Virus record (IMG/VR): IMGVR_UViG_2721755643_000001
Source of the DNA: a virus
Lineage: Duplodnaviria; Heunggongvirae; Uroviricota; Caudoviricetes
Length of the DNA stretch: 42,956 nt
Strand: one strand, 5' to 3'
Positions 31,380 through 42,920 of this stretch are shown here, piece by piece. The notes under the pieces are model-generated. The model did no database searches. It was not told the origin of the DNA and saw nothing but the letters and a program-made list of their open reading frames with translations. The position numbers and the translations under genes are program-made. Position 1 is the first letter of the stretch. The number at the start of each line of letters is the position of its first letter.

Positions 31380-32844
31380 AGATGTACAGATAAATCCCGG
31401 TGTGCTGGCTGTGGCGGGTAATGCCGTCGATCTTAACGGCCTGCTGTTGACCAGTAATCCGTTACTTCCGGTCGGCACTGTGGTTCCGTTTTCCTCTCCG
31501 GATGATGTGGCCGCGTATTTTGGTGCATTATCCGATGAGTACGCACGCGCTCAGCTTTATTTCCAGGGCTTCAAAAATGCCACCAGGACGCCGGGGCAAT
31601 TGTTGTTTTCCCGTTTCAGTCCTGCCCCATCGGCGGCCTGGTTACGTAGCGGTTCGTTTAAGGGCGCGACTGTTGAACAGCTACAAAAACTTTCCGGCAC
31701 GCTGATGCTGAGTATTAACGGGAAAAGCGTCAGCATTGAAGTGAATTTTAACGGTGTCGCCAGCTTCGCCGCTGCTGCAACGGCACTACAGACAGCGCTG
31801 ACCGCAGCAGTGGCTACAGTGGTATTCGATACCACACAGAATGCTTTTGTCATTACTGTCGCCGGGGCGAAACCCGGGAGTACCACGATAACGTTCGGCA
31901 GTGGATCGGCAGCAGAACTCCTGAAGATGACCAGTAACACCGGTGCGGTGATATCCCGGGGCGCGCCTGTATCTGATGTCCCTGACACAATGGCAGCCAT
32001 TAAGGCCGCTTCCCAGCAATGGGCGGGTTTTTCCACGGTATCTGAGGTCACTGACGAGCAACACCTGGCGTTTTCTGCATGGGCAAACGGGCAGGGCAAG
32101 CGTTACTTTTATGTGGCATGGACAACCAGCGGCAACGCCAGAGTAAAAGGCAGTACTGAACACATCGCTTACCAGATAATTGCTGTCAATAACTACAGCT
32201 CTGTTGTACCTGTTTTCGCGACTGATGGTAACCGGGCTGCAGCGGTACTGGGGTATGCAGCGTGCCTTGATTTTGTCCGACCAGAGGGGCGTGTATCATT
32301 CAAGTTCCGCGAGTATGAGGGGCTGGCCGCTGATGTTACCAGTGGCAGCGATTATGATGCGCTGATCGCCGCAGGTTACAATTTCTACGGAAAATATGCG
32401 GAAAACAGTGTGGTGGAAGATTACTGGGCGGATGGCACTATTACCGGTGATTTTAAATGGCTGGACAGTTTCTGCGGGCAAATCTGGCTGAATGCCAGTT
32501 TGCAGGGGGCGGTGATCGCGTTATTCAAGTCAAACCAGACGATCCCCTACAACAATGAAGGGCGGGCGCTGGTTGCAGCGTCAATGAGTGACGTTATCCA
32601 GCAGTACAAACGCTGGGGAGGGATCCGTGAAGGGGTGACACTGACGGAGGCGCAGAAGAAACAGATTAACAATGTTGTGGGGGCAGATGTTTCTTCAACG
32701 TTGTTTGCCACCGGCTATTACCTGTATATCGGCGATATGCTTCCCTCTTTGCGGGCAACCCGTAGCAGTCCGTCCTGTACGCTCTGGTACTGTGACGGCG
32801 GTAGTATCCAGAAACTTGTTATTGCATCCACGGAGGTCCAGTAA
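31360..32844 (+). CDS. Tail sheath protein (tentative)
   Basis: 494 aa, followed by a 148-aa tube-like gene, a frameshifted chaperone pair and the tape measure: the canonical contractile-tail order. Confidence 0.65.
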   Translation: MPIPLSKDVQINPGVLAVAGNAVDLNGLLLTSNPLLPVGTVVPFSSPDDVAAYFGALSDEYARAQLYFQGFKNATRTPGQLLFSRFSPAPSAAWLRSGSFKGATVEQLQKLSGTLMLSINGKSVSIEVNFNGVASFAAAATALQTALTAAVATVVFDTTQNAFVITVAGAKPGSTTITFGSGSAAELLKMTSNTGAVISRGAPVSDVPDTMAAIKAASQQWAGFSTVSEVTDEQHLAFSAWANGQGKRYFYVAWTTSGNARVKGSTEHIAYQIIAVNNYSSVVPVFATDGNRAAAVLGYAACLDFVRPEGRVSFKFREYEGLAADVTSGSDYDALIAAGYNFYGKYAENSVVEDYWADGTITGDFKWLDSFCGQIWLNASLQGAVIALFKSNQTIPYNNEGRALVAASMSDVIQQYKRWGGIREGVTLTEAQKKQINNVVGADVSSTLFATGYYLYIGDMLPSLRATRSSPSCTLWYCDGGSIQKLVIASTEVQ

Positions 32845-33291
32845 ATGTCGGGTAACAACAACACCATCACTGCGGCGGATGCCATTATCACGCTGACAGT
32901 GAATAATCTGTATCCCTCCGGCGTACGACTTCAGGGATTTGCAACAGATAACGTTTATGGCACCGATCCACTGGTACTGGCGGAAACTGCCCGCGGTATT
33001 GACGGTAAACTGTCCGCGGGATTTGTGTACAGCAACATTATCCAGACGTTTCATATCATGCCGGATTCCCCCAGCCGGGATATTTTTGATACCTGGTCAA
33101 CCACATCCCGGGCCAGTCGGGCTGTATTCCGTTGTAACGCTGTCGTCCTGCTTCCGGCGATTGGCCGTAAATATACCTGCGTGAATGGCGTACTCAAACA
33201 ATGGAAAGCGCTGCCTGATGCAGCTCGTACGTTGCAGCCAGGGCAGGCGGTTATTGAGTGGGAAACCATTACTCCGGAGGTTTTTAACTGA
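32845..33291 (+). CDS. Tail tube protein (tentative)
   Basis: 148 aa directly after the sheath gene. Confidence 0.6.
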   Translation: MSGNNNTITAADAIITLTVNNLYPSGVRLQGFATDNVYGTDPLVLAETARGIDGKLSAGFVYSNIIQTFHIMPDSPSRDIFDTWSTTSRASRAVFRCNAVVLLPAIGRKYTCVNGVLKQWKALPDAARTLQPGQAVIEWETITPEVFN

Positions 33292-33695
33292 TGGCCCGTA
33301 AAGAGAAATTTATCACTATTGAAGGTCAGGGACGGGATAAGGGCAAGGTATTTCATCTTACCGAAATGTCTGCCTCACAGGCGGAATGGTGGGCGATGCG
33401 TGCCATTATGGCAATGGGGCGTGGTGGCGTGGAGTTACCGGATGATGTTCGTAGTCTGGGGATGGCTGCGCTTGCCCTTGAAGGGCTGAAAGCATTATCG
33501 AAAATTCCGCCTGATGAGGCGCGTCCGTTGATGGATGAAATGATGGACTGTGTGCAGTTTGTTCCCGATCCGAAAAAACGCAGCATCCGGAGACCGCTTG
33601 TTGAAGAGGATATTGAAGAAATCATTACCCGTCTTAATCTGCGTGCGGAGGTCTTTAAGCTGCATGTGGATTTTTTCGCTACCGTCGTCAGCTAG
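33291..33695 (+). CDS. Tail assembly chaperone (short form)
   Basis: 134 aa upstream of the tape measure; contains slippery heptamer TTTTTTC near its 3' end. Confidence 0.7.
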   Translation: MARKEKFITIEGQGRDKGKVFHLTEMSASQAEWWAMRAIMAMGRGGVELPDDVRSLGMAALALEGLKALSKIPPDEARPLMDEMMDCVQFVPDPKKRSIRRPLVEEDIEEIITRLNLRAEVFKLHVDFFATVVS

Positions 33696-33919
33696 ATATC
33701 CCCCCGCGTTATCTCGACCCCGACAGACCGTTCGGGGTGGTGGATTACGTTAATGTTCCCCGTACCATTGCGACCGTTATCTCCTCCGGTAAGGCTTCAA
33801 AAGCTGAACTGGATTCTGTCCTTGGTGTGCAGGACTTATGGGATCTGCTGGAAATAATTCATGTGGATGCCCATAACGAACAGGTGATACAGGAGAACAG
33901 AAATGGCGCAGGTACTTGA
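33291..33919 (+). CDS. Tail assembly chaperone, -1 frameshift-extended form (frame 0 to 33677, then -1 frame to 33919)
   Basis: Heptamer T-TTT-TTC at 33671-33677; the -1 frame is open from there to 33919 (includes track ORF 33737..33919) and ends overlapping the tape measure start. Confidence 0.6.
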
Positions 33920-35924
33920 TGAGCTTGTTCTGTCCCTCGGGATTGATGACAGGGACTTTACTGCCGGGGAACAGGCAGTACATGCTGCCCTTAACCGGCT
34001 CACGACGGTGATGGAAGGTGTCGCTGACACATTCAGTCAGGGACAGAAGAAAACCAGTGAATCACTGGAAAAAACCGGAAAAGATGCTGATAAAACGGCC
34101 CGTCGAATGGAAGATGCCGGGAAACGGGCGTCCCGTTTTTTTTCAGGGATCCGTAGCGAGATTCTGGCTCTTGCGGGTGTCAGTCTGACGCTGGGGGGGC
34201 TGAAGAACCTGGTAACAGGTTTTGCCCGTGATCTGAACCGTCTGTCCGTGGAATCTGATGCTTTTGGCATGAAGGCCAGAAATCTGGACGGATGGTTACG
34301 GGCTGCGCGGGCAAATAATGTTGATGAAGGGGAAATGTCTGGGGCATTTTCCCGGCTTGCAAATGCAAAAGCGGCCTTCAGAGCCGGAAGGTCCTTTGAT
34401 CCTGTGTTACAGGATTTGTTTCAGGTTGCAGCCAGGGCGGGCATTAGTGTTGATTTAAATACTGACAGCACTGAAGCCATCATGCGCAAGCTGGCGGTTA
34501 TTTTTCCGCGACTGACAAAGTCCGAACAAACTGCCTACGGCAACGCGCTGGGCTTCAGTTATGCCGGACAGCAGTTTCTTGGCTCCGGTCATGCGCTGAA
34601 AGATGTGGACGAATTTACTTCCCGTTCGCAGGTTACGCCGGGGCGTACAGCGCTGGCCCGTAAGCTACGAAAAGAGCTTGTTGAGCTCGATCAGACCTGG
34701 TCCGGCATCGGGATGACGATTAGCACCACGTTGATGCCGTACGCGCTGAAGCTCAGCCACTGGCTGGAGACACTCGGTGACTGGATGCAGCAACATCCGG
34801 AGGAAGTGAACAGGTTTATCACCACATTTCTGAATGACGTTGAGTCAGTGGCCTCCCTGGCGAATAAGGCTGCCGGAGAACTGGGGGGCTGGCAGAATGT
34901 CATTATTACGCTGATCGGGCTGAAAGTGGCGTCATGGGTGCGGGGGCTGACAAAAGCCCTCAGTGGCCCCGGAGGCCTTCTTTTTGCGATAACGGCGCTT
35001 TACCCGGTTGTTGACGGATTACTGACATCCATTGTTGGCAGGGAAAATAAGGACTGGCTGGATTCACATGGTTTTTTCTGGGCTTCAGACGGGACTTTCT
35101 TTTTCAATAAGAAAGAGATGGAGACGTATCAGACAAAACTGGATGCCGGAGAAAAGCCTGGCAACATCACCCGGGCACAATCACCCACAGTATGGCAGCA
35201 GGGCATGCTGGATACTCAGGCTTCTCAGGCAACCGGGAGGGAAGCAGCCTTCGGTGAATCCTGGCTACAGGGTATGCGTGCGACGCAGGAAAAACTCGGT
35301 AATGCCATGCAAAACCGCCAGCGACCGACGAAGACCGGGGAAGCCCTGTTAGGCTGGCTGCAACCGAAACTGTCTCAACTGGAGGAAAAATATAACCTGC
35401 CGCCCGGACTGCTGCGCAGCGTTGCGATCACCGAATCCCGTGGTAATCAGTTTGCCGTCTCACCTGCTGGTGCGATGGGACTGTTTCAGTTCATGCCGAA
35501 GACGGCCAGTGAATTTGGTCTGAGGGGGAACGATGCCTTTGATCCCGAAAAAGCCGCTGATGCCGCCGCGAGAAAACTTGGTGGCCTGATACGTTTTTTT
35601 CATGGCGATCTGGCTAAGGCTCTGGCGGCATATAACTGGGGAGAGGGAAATGTTCAGCGTAAGGGACTGGCTGCTGCTCCGGAGGAGACCCGCAACTATA
35701 TTCCGCGGGTGCTGGCGAACCTGCCTTATCCGGGTGCGGCAATGGCCATACGGTCGCGCCATCCTGCGCCTGTATCGCAGTCCACCGTAACGGAAACCAC
35801 GCATATCGGGACACTGAATGTCACCACAACGTCGGACAATGTGAAGGGTATTACCGATGACGCACGTCGGCGTATCACGAATTCGGCGCTTGTGTCGGTT
35901 TATTCCAGCGGGGTAACAGGATGA
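33903..35924 (+). CDS. Tail tape measure protein with C-terminal lytic transglycosylase (SLT) domain
   Basis: 673 aa, helical Ala-rich body; C-terminal ITESRGNQFAVSPAGAMGLFQFMP...AYNWGEGN matches the SLT catalytic motif. Confidence 0.8.
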   Translation: MAQVLDELVLSLGIDDRDFTAGEQAVHAALNRLTTVMEGVADTFSQGQKKTSESLEKTGKDADKTARRMEDAGKRASRFFSGIRSEILALAGVSLTLGGLKNLVTGFARDLNRLSVESDAFGMKARNLDGWLRAARANNVDEGEMSGAFSRLANAKAAFRAGRSFDPVLQDLFQVAARAGISVDLNTDSTEAIMRKLAVIFPRLTKSEQTAYGNALGFSYAGQQFLGSGHALKDVDEFTSRSQVTPGRTALARKLRKELVELDQTWSGIGMTISTTLMPYALKLSHWLETLGDWMQQHPEEVNRFITTFLNDVESVASLANKAAGELGGWQNVIITLIGLKVASWVRGLTKALSGPGGLLFAITALYPVVDGLLTSIVGRENKDWLDSHGFFWASDGTFFFNKKEMETYQTKLDAGEKPGNITRAQSPTVWQQGMLDTQASQATGREAAFGESWLQGMRATQEKLGNAMQNRQRPTKTGEALLGWLQPKLSQLEEKYNLPPGLLRSVAITESRGNQFAVSPAGAMGLFQFMPKTASEFGLRGNDAFDPEKAADAAARKLGGLIRFFHGDLAKALAAYNWGEGNVQRKGLAAAPEETRNYIPRVLANLPYPGAAMAIRSRHPAPVSQSTVTETTHIGTLNVTTTSDNVKGITDDARRRITNSALVSVYSSGVTG

Positions 35925-36631
35925 GTTTTTCTTTCGATAATATTTCCCTGAATAACTTTTCGCTCAGTGAAAGTAACGTACTGAGTGCAGTTCGTGGCGG
36001 CGGTGTCCTGGGACTCATTAACAGTGTACTGGCACCGTCATTCGGTATTTATTACGCACGGAATGATCCGGCAGGTGCCCATCAGAAGGGTGGCAAACCT
36101 TTCTCCCCGGATTCTTTTGTTGTCGTTGAGGTGGGCGCGGAGGCTTCTGTTTCCACCGTCCCCGTGGAGCAGGGGGCTTATACCACCTTTAATAAAATCC
36201 AGAGATCGCCGGAACTGCATGTGACTTTCACTGTAGAGGGGTGGACGGCCTTTTCCGGATCCGTCCCGAACCTGACAAATTTTTCCACCACCTCGCGGAC
36301 GAATGTGCTGGAAACGCTTGAAAGGATGCGTACCACGGCAGGACTCTACGATATTGAGACGCCGGACAAGACATGGACATCCTGCGACCTTGTGAAATAT
36401 GACTACCGAATGCGAAGTAATAATGGTCCGACCTTACTGACGGTTACTGCGGTATTTCAGACCGTAATGAATACAGGAGAGGTGTCAGTGGGAAGTACGG
36501 ATAAGTCGTCTCCCACGGACAACGATAAAGCAAAAGGGGCCGCATCGGTTAAAACGCAGTCAGTTACGGCGTCGGTGACACAACCGTCAGACGCTGACAG
36601 ACGAAGCGCCACGAACAGGGGGATCACCTGA
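35921..36631 (+). CDS. Putative baseplate / tail protein
   Basis: 236-aa ORF after the tape measure. Confidence 0.5.
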   Translation: MSFSFDNISLNNFSLSESNVLSAVRGGGVLGLINSVLAPSFGIYYARNDPAGAHQKGGKPFSPDSFVVVEVGAEASVSTVPVEQGAYTTFNKIQRSPELHVTFTVEGWTAFSGSVPNLTNFSTTSRTNVLETLERMRTTAGLYDIETPDKTWTSCDLVKYDYRMRSNNGPTLLTVTAVFQTVMNTGEVSVGSTDKSSPTDNDKAKGAASVKTQSVTASVTQPSDADRRSATNRGIT

Positions 36632-36933
36632 TGCTGGAAATTGTTTTATCTCCCGTTAAAGCCCAGCAGTTTACGGTGACACTGGGCGCTCAGGTCTGCA
36701 CCATTCGCCTGAATCAGCGTACTACGGGGATGTATATCGATATCATTGTTAATGGTGAACCGTGCCTGTATGGCGTGCTGTGTCTGAATAATAACCGGAT
36801 TGTCCGGTACGGATACCTGCCGTTTCAGGGGGACCTGTTTTTTACCGACACGGAGGGGAATAGTGACCCTGACTGGCGGGGGCTCGGATCCCGGTACCGG
36901 CTCTACTGGCTGTTACCTGAGGAACTGATATGA
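36631..36933 (+). CDS. Hypothetical tail protein
   Basis: 100-aa ORF, overlapping starts. Confidence 0.5.
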   Translation: MLEIVLSPVKAQQFTVTLGAQVCTIRLNQRTTGMYIDIIVNGEPCLYGVLCLNNNRIVRYGYLPFQGDLFFTDTEGNSDPDWRGLGSRYRLYWLLPEELI

Positions 36934-37799
36934 GCTACAGACAACGTAAAATAACGGTGGAGTTCACTCTTTCAGACGGACGAACGTTTGGTAATGGCCA
37001 GGGCAATATGCTGACCATTACCGACGCAAGCTGTTTTGCCAGTATTGGCGTATATGGAGGGGTGGCTGGTACACAAATCACGCTGTATATCTGGGGAATG
37101 TCACCGGCGCATATGACGAATTTAAGCTGGCGCGGTGTGTGGCGACAGGAGCAGAGTACCGCAAATAAAATGCGGCTGTGGGCCGACGGGCGGCTTATTT
37201 TTGAAGGTGATATTACTGATGCATACGCCGACTACAACCAGGCGCCGGATATTCCGCTCATTCTGACAGGACAGATTCATTTTAATCTGCGTAATCAGCC
37301 GGCGGCAGATTTCAGCGCAAAGGGCGATGTTGCGGTTGCAGATATTATCCGTGCGCTGGCGTCAACTGTCGGGCTTGGATTTGAAAACCAGGGGGTCAGC
37401 CGCAGTCTGTCTGACCCGCATTTTTCCGGTAATGTTGTACAACAAATGCTGGATGTCGCTTCAGCCGCCGATATTAACATTGATCTGGGGAATGTGGAGA
37501 AAGTCACCATCTGGCCGAAAGGGCAGAACCGGAATATTCCGCCGGTACTGATTTCGCCGGATCACGGACTGACTGGCTATCCGGTTTACACCATGACCGG
37601 ACTCAGCGCCACCACGATATTCTGCCCCGATCTCTTTACTGGCAGGCCAGCGCATCTGGAATCGTCACTGCCTGATATGACGGGCGATTATACGATCACA
37701 GGGGTGATACACACCATTACTTCGCGAACCGTGGGCGGTCCGTGGAGTTCCAACTGTACCATGATGAGGGCTGAAGAAAATGGCACAACCACTCAGTAA
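36930..37799 (+). CDS. Putative baseplate hub protein
   Basis: 289-aa ORF between tape measure and spike genes. Confidence 0.5.
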   Translation: MSYRQRKITVEFTLSDGRTFGNGQGNMLTITDASCFASIGVYGGVAGTQITLYIWGMSPAHMTNLSWRGVWRQEQSTANKMRLWADGRLIFEGDITDAYADYNQAPDIPLILTGQIHFNLRNQPAADFSAKGDVAVADIIRALASTVGLGFENQGVSRSLSDPHFSGNVVQQMLDVASAADINIDLGNVEKVTIWPKGQNRNIPPVLISPDHGLTGYPVYTMTGLSATTIFCPDLFTGRPAHLESSLPDMTGDYTITGVIHTITSRTVGGPWSSNCTMMRAEENGTTTQ

Positions 37800-38457
37800 C
37801 CCGACAGACGTGAACAGCGAAATCAATGCACAGGACTTTATGCTGCGGCAGTTTCTCGGACGTCATGCGTTTATCACTCTGGGACGGGTGGTAGCCGTGG
37901 AAGAGGGATTTATTGAGGCCCGACCGATGGTAATGGGCGTTGCAGCAGACGGTTCCCCGGTTGAACATGAGGTGATTTATAACATTCCCGTATGGCGACT
38001 ACAGGGGGGCGGTAATGCGGTGATTATGCCGCCACATGTGGGGGATATCGGTTTTCTTGCCATCTGCGATCGGGATATCAGTGCGGTAAAAGCCACGCGT
38101 CAGGCTGCGATGCCGGGATCAAAGCGTACCCATAATTATGCTGATGCCATCTGGCTGGGTGGCGTGCTCAACGGTGATCCCGTCCAGTTTGTGGTATTTG
38201 ATGACAACCAGATACGGATTGTATCTCCCTGGAAAGTGGAGATATCCGCGCCTGAGGGTGTGATTAATGCGCCGAAAAGCTTCACCGTTAACTCACCACA
38301 AATTGCGCTGAACGGCGATACCGCCGTCAGTAAGGGGCTTGACGTTACCGGGCAGTCCAGGCTTTCCGGCGGTTCGAACATCGGGGGTATTGATTTTGGA
38401 AACCACGTTCACGGCGGCGTTGAGTCCGGCGGCTCAACCACGCAGGGACCCCGGTAA
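37780..38457 (+). CDS. Baseplate spike, gpV-like (tentative)
   Basis: 225 aa with Gly-rich C-terminus GGSNIGGIDFGNHVHGGVESGG. Confidence 0.6.
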   Translation: MAQPLSNPTDVNSEINAQDFMLRQFLGRHAFITLGRVVAVEEGFIEARPMVMGVAADGSPVEHEVIYNIPVWRLQGGGNAVIMPPHVGDIGFLAICDRDISAVKATRQAAMPGSKRTHNYADAIWLGGVLNGDPVQFVVFDDNQIRIVSPWKVEISAPEGVINAPKSFTVNSPQIALNGDTAVSKGLDVTGQSRLSGGSNIGGIDFGNHVHGGVESGGSTTQGPR

Positions 38458-38469
38458 ACAGGAGAAAAC

Positions 38470-38826
38470 ATGCAGTCACGATCACTTCTTCTTGACACCG
38501 GGACATGGGATATCCTGCTTGATGATACCGGAAATCTTGCCATTACTGATAATCCCCATGCGGTAGCTCAGGATGTGGCGTGTGCGTGCAGTACTTTTCT
38601 GGGGGAGTGCTGGTACGACTCAACGGCTGGCATACCTTACTGGCCACGCATCCTCGGACACTGGCCCGGCACACAACTGGTGAATGCCACTCTGCAACAG
38701 GAAGCACTTAAACTGCCGACCGTGAGCGCCGCTGTCTGCCAGGTCACAGCTGATCAAACCCGGACAGTAACAGGTGTGCTGCGTATTACAGATACCAATA
38801 ATGACATTTTTACGGTACTGCTATGA
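38470..38826 (+). CDS. Baseplate wedge protein, gpW/gp25-like (tentative)
   Basis: 118 aa immediately before the gpJ-like gene. Confidence 0.55.
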   Translation: MQSRSLLLDTGTWDILLDDTGNLAITDNPHAVAQDVACACSTFLGECWYDSTAGIPYWPRILGHWPGTQLVNATLQQEALKLPTVSAAVCQVTADQTRTVTGVLRITDTNNDIFTVLL

Positions 38827-40064
38827 GTGAAAATAAATCTTTTTCTACCGCAGTGCCCGCTGTACAGATTTCGGATAGCGGGCTGAATGTGCCGGATGAA
38901 GCGGATATTCTGAGCGGCAGGCTTGCTGATTTTTCGGCGGCGCTGGGCGGGGCCATGAGTACCAGTCTGAGCAGTCCGCAGGGACAACTTGCATCCAGCG
39001 AAAGCGCCATTATTGCGGATAAAAACGATCAGTTGCTGTATATCGTTAACCAGATCAACCCTGACTTTTCCAGTGGTCGCTTTCAGGATGCAATAGGCAG
39101 GATTTATTTCCTGGAGCGCCGCGGGGCCACAGGTACGACAGTAACAGCGACCTGTACCGGGCTGGTTGGCACGCTGATCCCGGCGGGCAGTATGGCGCAG
39201 GATGAGGCCGGTTATAAGTATGTCAGTCAGTCAGACGTCACTATCGGCGCATCAGGGCAGGTTGATGCGGTATTTCTGAATTTGTCCACCGGCCCCGTCG
39301 GCTGTCCTGTGGGGACGCTGAATAAAATTTATAAGGCAATACCTGGCTGGTCAGGTGTCACTAACGCCCGTGCCGGTGTGCCGGGCAGCGATGAGGAAAC
39401 CCGTGCGGACTTTGAAAACCGCCGACGTAATTCAGTTGCCCGTAATGCCCGGAATATTCTGGAAGCCATCCGGGGTGAAATACTCTCCACGGTGGAAAAC
39501 GTGGTGGATGTTTACGTCACCCATAATCCGAAAAAAACAGAACAAAAAGCCGGAGTCAGTCAGTATCCATTAACACCCGGTTCGCTTTATGTTGGCGTGT
39601 ACGGCGGCAGCCCGGCAGATATCGCGGCGGCCATCTGGCGTAAGGCTCCGCCGGGTATTGATATGAATGGCAACACAACGTTCACTGTTGCAGATAAGGA
39701 GTACGATCCGCCGTATCCTGAATACGTGATCAGCTGGCAGACACTCAAACCCGTCAGTCTGCATGTCAGTGTGACGCTGAAAAAAAGTGACTACCTGCCT
39801 TCAGATATTACCCGACAGGTACAGCAATCCGTGCTGGACGCATTTAATGGTACAGATGGTGGTCTGCGGGCAAGGGTTGCCTCTGTTGTCTCTGCCGGGC
39901 GCTACTATGCCGGCATTTACAAAACCGATCCGGAACATATTGATATTCTGGGCCTTACTGTGAGCCGTGACGGTTCGTCATGGACAACGGCTGTCACTTT
40001 CGGGATAGATGAGATTCCGGTTCTGGATGTGTCGGATATCAGTGTGAAACTCCAGGAGGCATAA
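38823..40064 (+). CDS. Baseplate protein J-like
   Basis: 413 aa; position and size fit gpJ-family baseplate wedge proteins. Confidence 0.65.
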   Translation: MSENKSFSTAVPAVQISDSGLNVPDEADILSGRLADFSAALGGAMSTSLSSPQGQLASSESAIIADKNDQLLYIVNQINPDFSSGRFQDAIGRIYFLERRGATGTTVTATCTGLVGTLIPAGSMAQDEAGYKYVSQSDVTIGASGQVDAVFLNLSTGPVGCPVGTLNKIYKAIPGWSGVTNARAGVPGSDEETRADFENRRRNSVARNARNILEAIRGEILSTVENVVDVYVTHNPKKTEQKAGVSQYPLTPGSLYVGVYGGSPADIAAAIWRKAPPGIDMNGNTTFTVADKEYDPPYPEYVISWQTLKPVSLHVSVTLKKSDYLPSDITRQVQQSVLDAFNGTDGGLRARVASVVSAGRYYAGIYKTDPEHIDILGLTVSRDGSSWTTAVTFGIDEIPVLDVSDISVKLQEA

Positions 40065-40065
40065 C

Positions 40066-40671
40066 GTGCAGAATGTGGCTGCCACTGTGCTTGCGCAGTA
40101 TGCTGCCAGCCCCCGACTCAATGCCCTCATTAACAGCTTTAACGCAGCGCTTTCCCCCGACAGTTTTATCAGTGATTTTTATGGTCTTATCTGGAACATC
40201 GATACCGCAGAAAAGTATGGTCTTGATGTCTGGGGAAAGATTGTGGGTGTCAGTCGCCGGCTGACGGTAAAGGACGATTTTAATTACCTGGGCTTCAGCG
40301 AGTCCAGGATGGACACCCCGGTAATGGATGATCCCTGTCCGTTTAATCAGGCACCGTTTTACAACGGAAAATCGGTTACCCGGACTGTTGACCTGACTGA
40401 TGCTGTATACCGGCGGCTGATACTGATGAAAGCCATGTCGAACATTACTGACTGTTCCGTTCCGGATATTAACCGGATGCTGAGATTTATGTTCGGAAAA
40501 AAACGGCGGGCTTATGTTCTGAATAATGGTGGGCTGAGGATGAGTTACATCTTTGAGTCCGCGCTCTCGTTGGCAGAACTGGCGATTATCCAGTCGTCGG
40601 GTGCACTGCCGTCCCCGCCGGGTGTTTATGTTTCAGTAGTTTTAAAGGAGTCCCGTAATGAAGGCCAGTGA
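40066..40671 (+). CDS. Tail protein I-like / YmfQ-like baseplate protein (tentative)
   Basis: 201 aa between the J-like and fiber genes. Confidence 0.55.
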   Translation: MQNVAATVLAQYAASPRLNALINSFNAALSPDSFISDFYGLIWNIDTAEKYGLDVWGKIVGVSRRLTVKDDFNYLGFSESRMDTPVMDDPCPFNQAPFYNGKSVTRTVDLTDAVYRRLILMKAMSNITDCSVPDINRMLRFMFGKKRRAYVLNNGGLRMSYIFESALSLAELAIIQSSGALPSPPGVYVSVVLKESRNEGQ

Positions 40672-42058
40672 TAAACCCCGCCAGCTGGCGGTCCCCTTTG
40701 CGAGTACCGGAGATAAAAACCGTATCCCGGACAAGGCGACACAGCAGACCAGAGAGAGCGGTAATGCTGCGTATGATTCAGGTTTTCCTCCGGTGACCAT
40801 GACAGCGGTCTCAGCGGGGGGGGTACCGCCACACGGCAAGGATTTTAACGGTCTGATGTACGATATTACCGCAGCAATACGGTTCGCCCAGGCTGGCGGT
40901 TTGTACACGTATAATGCCGGTTTTGCGGGGGCCATTGGTGGATATGCAAAAGGAGCCATTCTCGCCGGAGTCGCAACAACAGCGGTCTGGCTGAATACCA
41001 CAGACGATAACCTGACCGATCCTGAAGGCTCCGACAGTGCGGGCTGGGTAAATCTTCTTGAGGATCCGAAAAGGATATTCCTGCGGCAGAAGAACAATCT
41101 GTCAGACCTTCAGAATAAAGGGACGGCACGGGATAATCTTCAGGTTTACAGTAAAGAGCAGTCAGATCAACGCTATGTTCATCGGGAAGGCGATACCTTG
41201 TCCGGTGGACTTACTTTTGAAAACGACTCAACCCTTGCCTGGATTCGAAATACTGACTGGGCAAAGATTGGTTTTAAAAATAATGCCGACAGCGATACTG
41301 ATTCATACATGTGGTTTGAAACAGGTGACAACGGTAATGAATATTTCAAATGGAGACACCGCCTCGCTGGCGGCCGGGTTAAAGACCTGATGAATCTCAA
41401 ATGGGATACACTAAATATTCTGGTTAATGCCGTCATTAATGGTTGTCTTGGAATTGGTACGACGAATGCGTTAGGTGGAAGTTCAATCGTTTTAGGAGAT
41501 AACGATACCGGGTTTAAACAAAATGGCGATGGTCTGCTTGATGTTTATGCGAATGGACAGCATGTATTTCGTTTTCAGAATGGCGTGGCTATTGCTTTTA
41601 AGAATATTCAGGCCGGAACTGCCAGAAAATTCACGTTATCCAGCGCCAACAACTCCACGAAAAATGCAGCGTTTTATTTGTGGGGTAATCCATCCAGGCC
41701 TGTTGTTGCAGAGCTTGGCGATGATTCAGGCTGGCATTTTTTCAGCCAGAGGAATACAGATAACAGCATCACGTTCGCCGTAAACGGACAGGTAATTCCG
41801 TTAAATTACGGAAACTTCGATGCCCGCTATAAATATCGAACAGAGGGGGTACAGGATGTGCGATATGGCCATGAAATGTATTACGGCCCCGGCAGTAACA
41901 CCGTTTCGTGGACATTTCGCGCACCTTCGGGACACGGGCTGTCAGGGGTAAAGATATCGGATACCGGCCGTAACTCAGCGGATAACGTTGACGGTGTGTA
42001 TTACCGACCACTGCAAAAACTGATTAATGGCACCTGGTATAACGTAGCGAGTATTTAA
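40658..42058 (+). CDS. Tail fiber protein
   Basis: 466 aa; conserved-looking N-terminus then Gly/Asn/Thr-rich C-terminal region; followed by a fiber-assembly gene. Confidence 0.75.
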   Translation: MKASDKPRQLAVPFASTGDKNRIPDKATQQTRESGNAAYDSGFPPVTMTAVSAGGVPPHGKDFNGLMYDITAAIRFAQAGGLYTYNAGFAGAIGGYAKGAILAGVATTAVWLNTTDDNLTDPEGSDSAGWVNLLEDPKRIFLRQKNNLSDLQNKGTARDNLQVYSKEQSDQRYVHREGDTLSGGLTFENDSTLAWIRNTDWAKIGFKNNADSDTDSYMWFETGDNGNEYFKWRHRLAGGRVKDLMNLKWDTLNILVNAVINGCLGIGTTNALGGSSIVLGDNDTGFKQNGDGLLDVYANGQHVFRFQNGVAIAFKNIQAGTARKFTLSSANNSTKNAAFYLWGNPSRPVVAELGDDSGWHFFSQRNTDNSITFAVNGQVIPLNYGNFDARYKYRTEGVQDVRYGHEMYYGPGSNTVSWTFRAPSGHGLSGVKISDTGRNSADNVDGVYYRPLQKLINGTWYNVASI

Positions 42059-42060
42059 CA

Positions 42061-42606
42061 ATGTTGCATTTAAAAAATATTACTGCGGGTAATCCGAAAA
42101 CAGCAGAACAATATCAGATGACAAAACAGTATGATGTCACCTGGCTTTTTTCGGAAGACGGCAAAAACTGGTATGAAGAACAGAAGAACTTTGCCAGTGA
42201 CACCATAAAAATGGTTTACACCGGAGACGGGCGCGTGGTGTGGGTCGGTAAGGATGTGACAGGCATTGAACCCCGTAACGCCAGTGTTATTGAAGTTCCT
42301 GATATTACCGCCAACCGCCGCATTACCGCGCCGGGTTACTGGTTTTACCGCAATGATGAATTTGTCTTTGACTACAGACTCAAAGCGGAAGATGAGCGTG
42401 ATGCCCTTCTGGCTCAGGTCAGTGCCCGGACAGGGGAATGGGAAGAAGACCTGCTGCTGGGGCTAATCAGTGACGAAGACCGGGAAAAACTGAAAGCGTA
42501 CCGCATTTACGCGAAATCGCTGCAGGCGATGGATTTCAGTGTCATCACTGATAAAACCTCATACAACGCCATTGAATGGCCCGTCTCTCCGGAAGGTTCT
42601 TCCTGA
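42061..42606 (+). CDS. Tail fiber assembly protein (Tfa-like)
   Basis: 181 aa directly after the fiber gene; C-terminal EDLLLGLISDEDREKLKAYRIYAKSLQAMD resembles Tfa chaperones. Confidence 0.7.
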   Translation: MLHLKNITAGNPKTAEQYQMTKQYDVTWLFSEDGKNWYEEQKNFASDTIKMVYTGDGRVVWVGKDVTGIEPRNASVIEVPDITANRRITAPGYWFYRNDEFVFDYRLKAEDERDALLAQVSARTGEWEEDLLLGLISDEDREKLKAYRIYAKSLQAMDFSVITDKTSYNAIEWPVSPEGSS

Positions 42607-42893
42607 TTTAATTTATCGCGAGAAAAACTATGTCTGTAGTGATATCAGGTGCGCTGACTGATGGCGCAGACTCAGGTCGATCGCAATGACGAGATTTATC
42701 AACGTCAGCGTGAAATGAAAGAGGAGCTGAGCGGTCTGGATGATTTGGCTTCAATTCGGGCGTTTGACGTTGAGTAATGAATAAGCCGCAACTGGCGGAA
42801 TCACAGAAGACCGCTTTGCTTACCGAAGCGGAGTCTGTCATCCGGCCGCCGGGGCGTGCTGTCAGGCTGAACAGGGAAACGGATGAATCCGGG

Positions 42894-42920
42894 GAGGCCC
42901 GGGGGCGGGCCTCTGTTTTT
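42894..42920 (+). terminator. Rho-independent terminator-like hairpin near the window end
   Basis: GAGGCCC-GGGGGC-GGGCCTC followed by TGTTTTT. Confidence 0.6.

Noticed and set aside
42608-42841. 77-aa minus-strand ORF after the tail fiber assembly gene
   Set aside because: Serine/Asp-rich low-complexity product without a start signal; more likely non-coding or antisense to short plus-strand ORFs.
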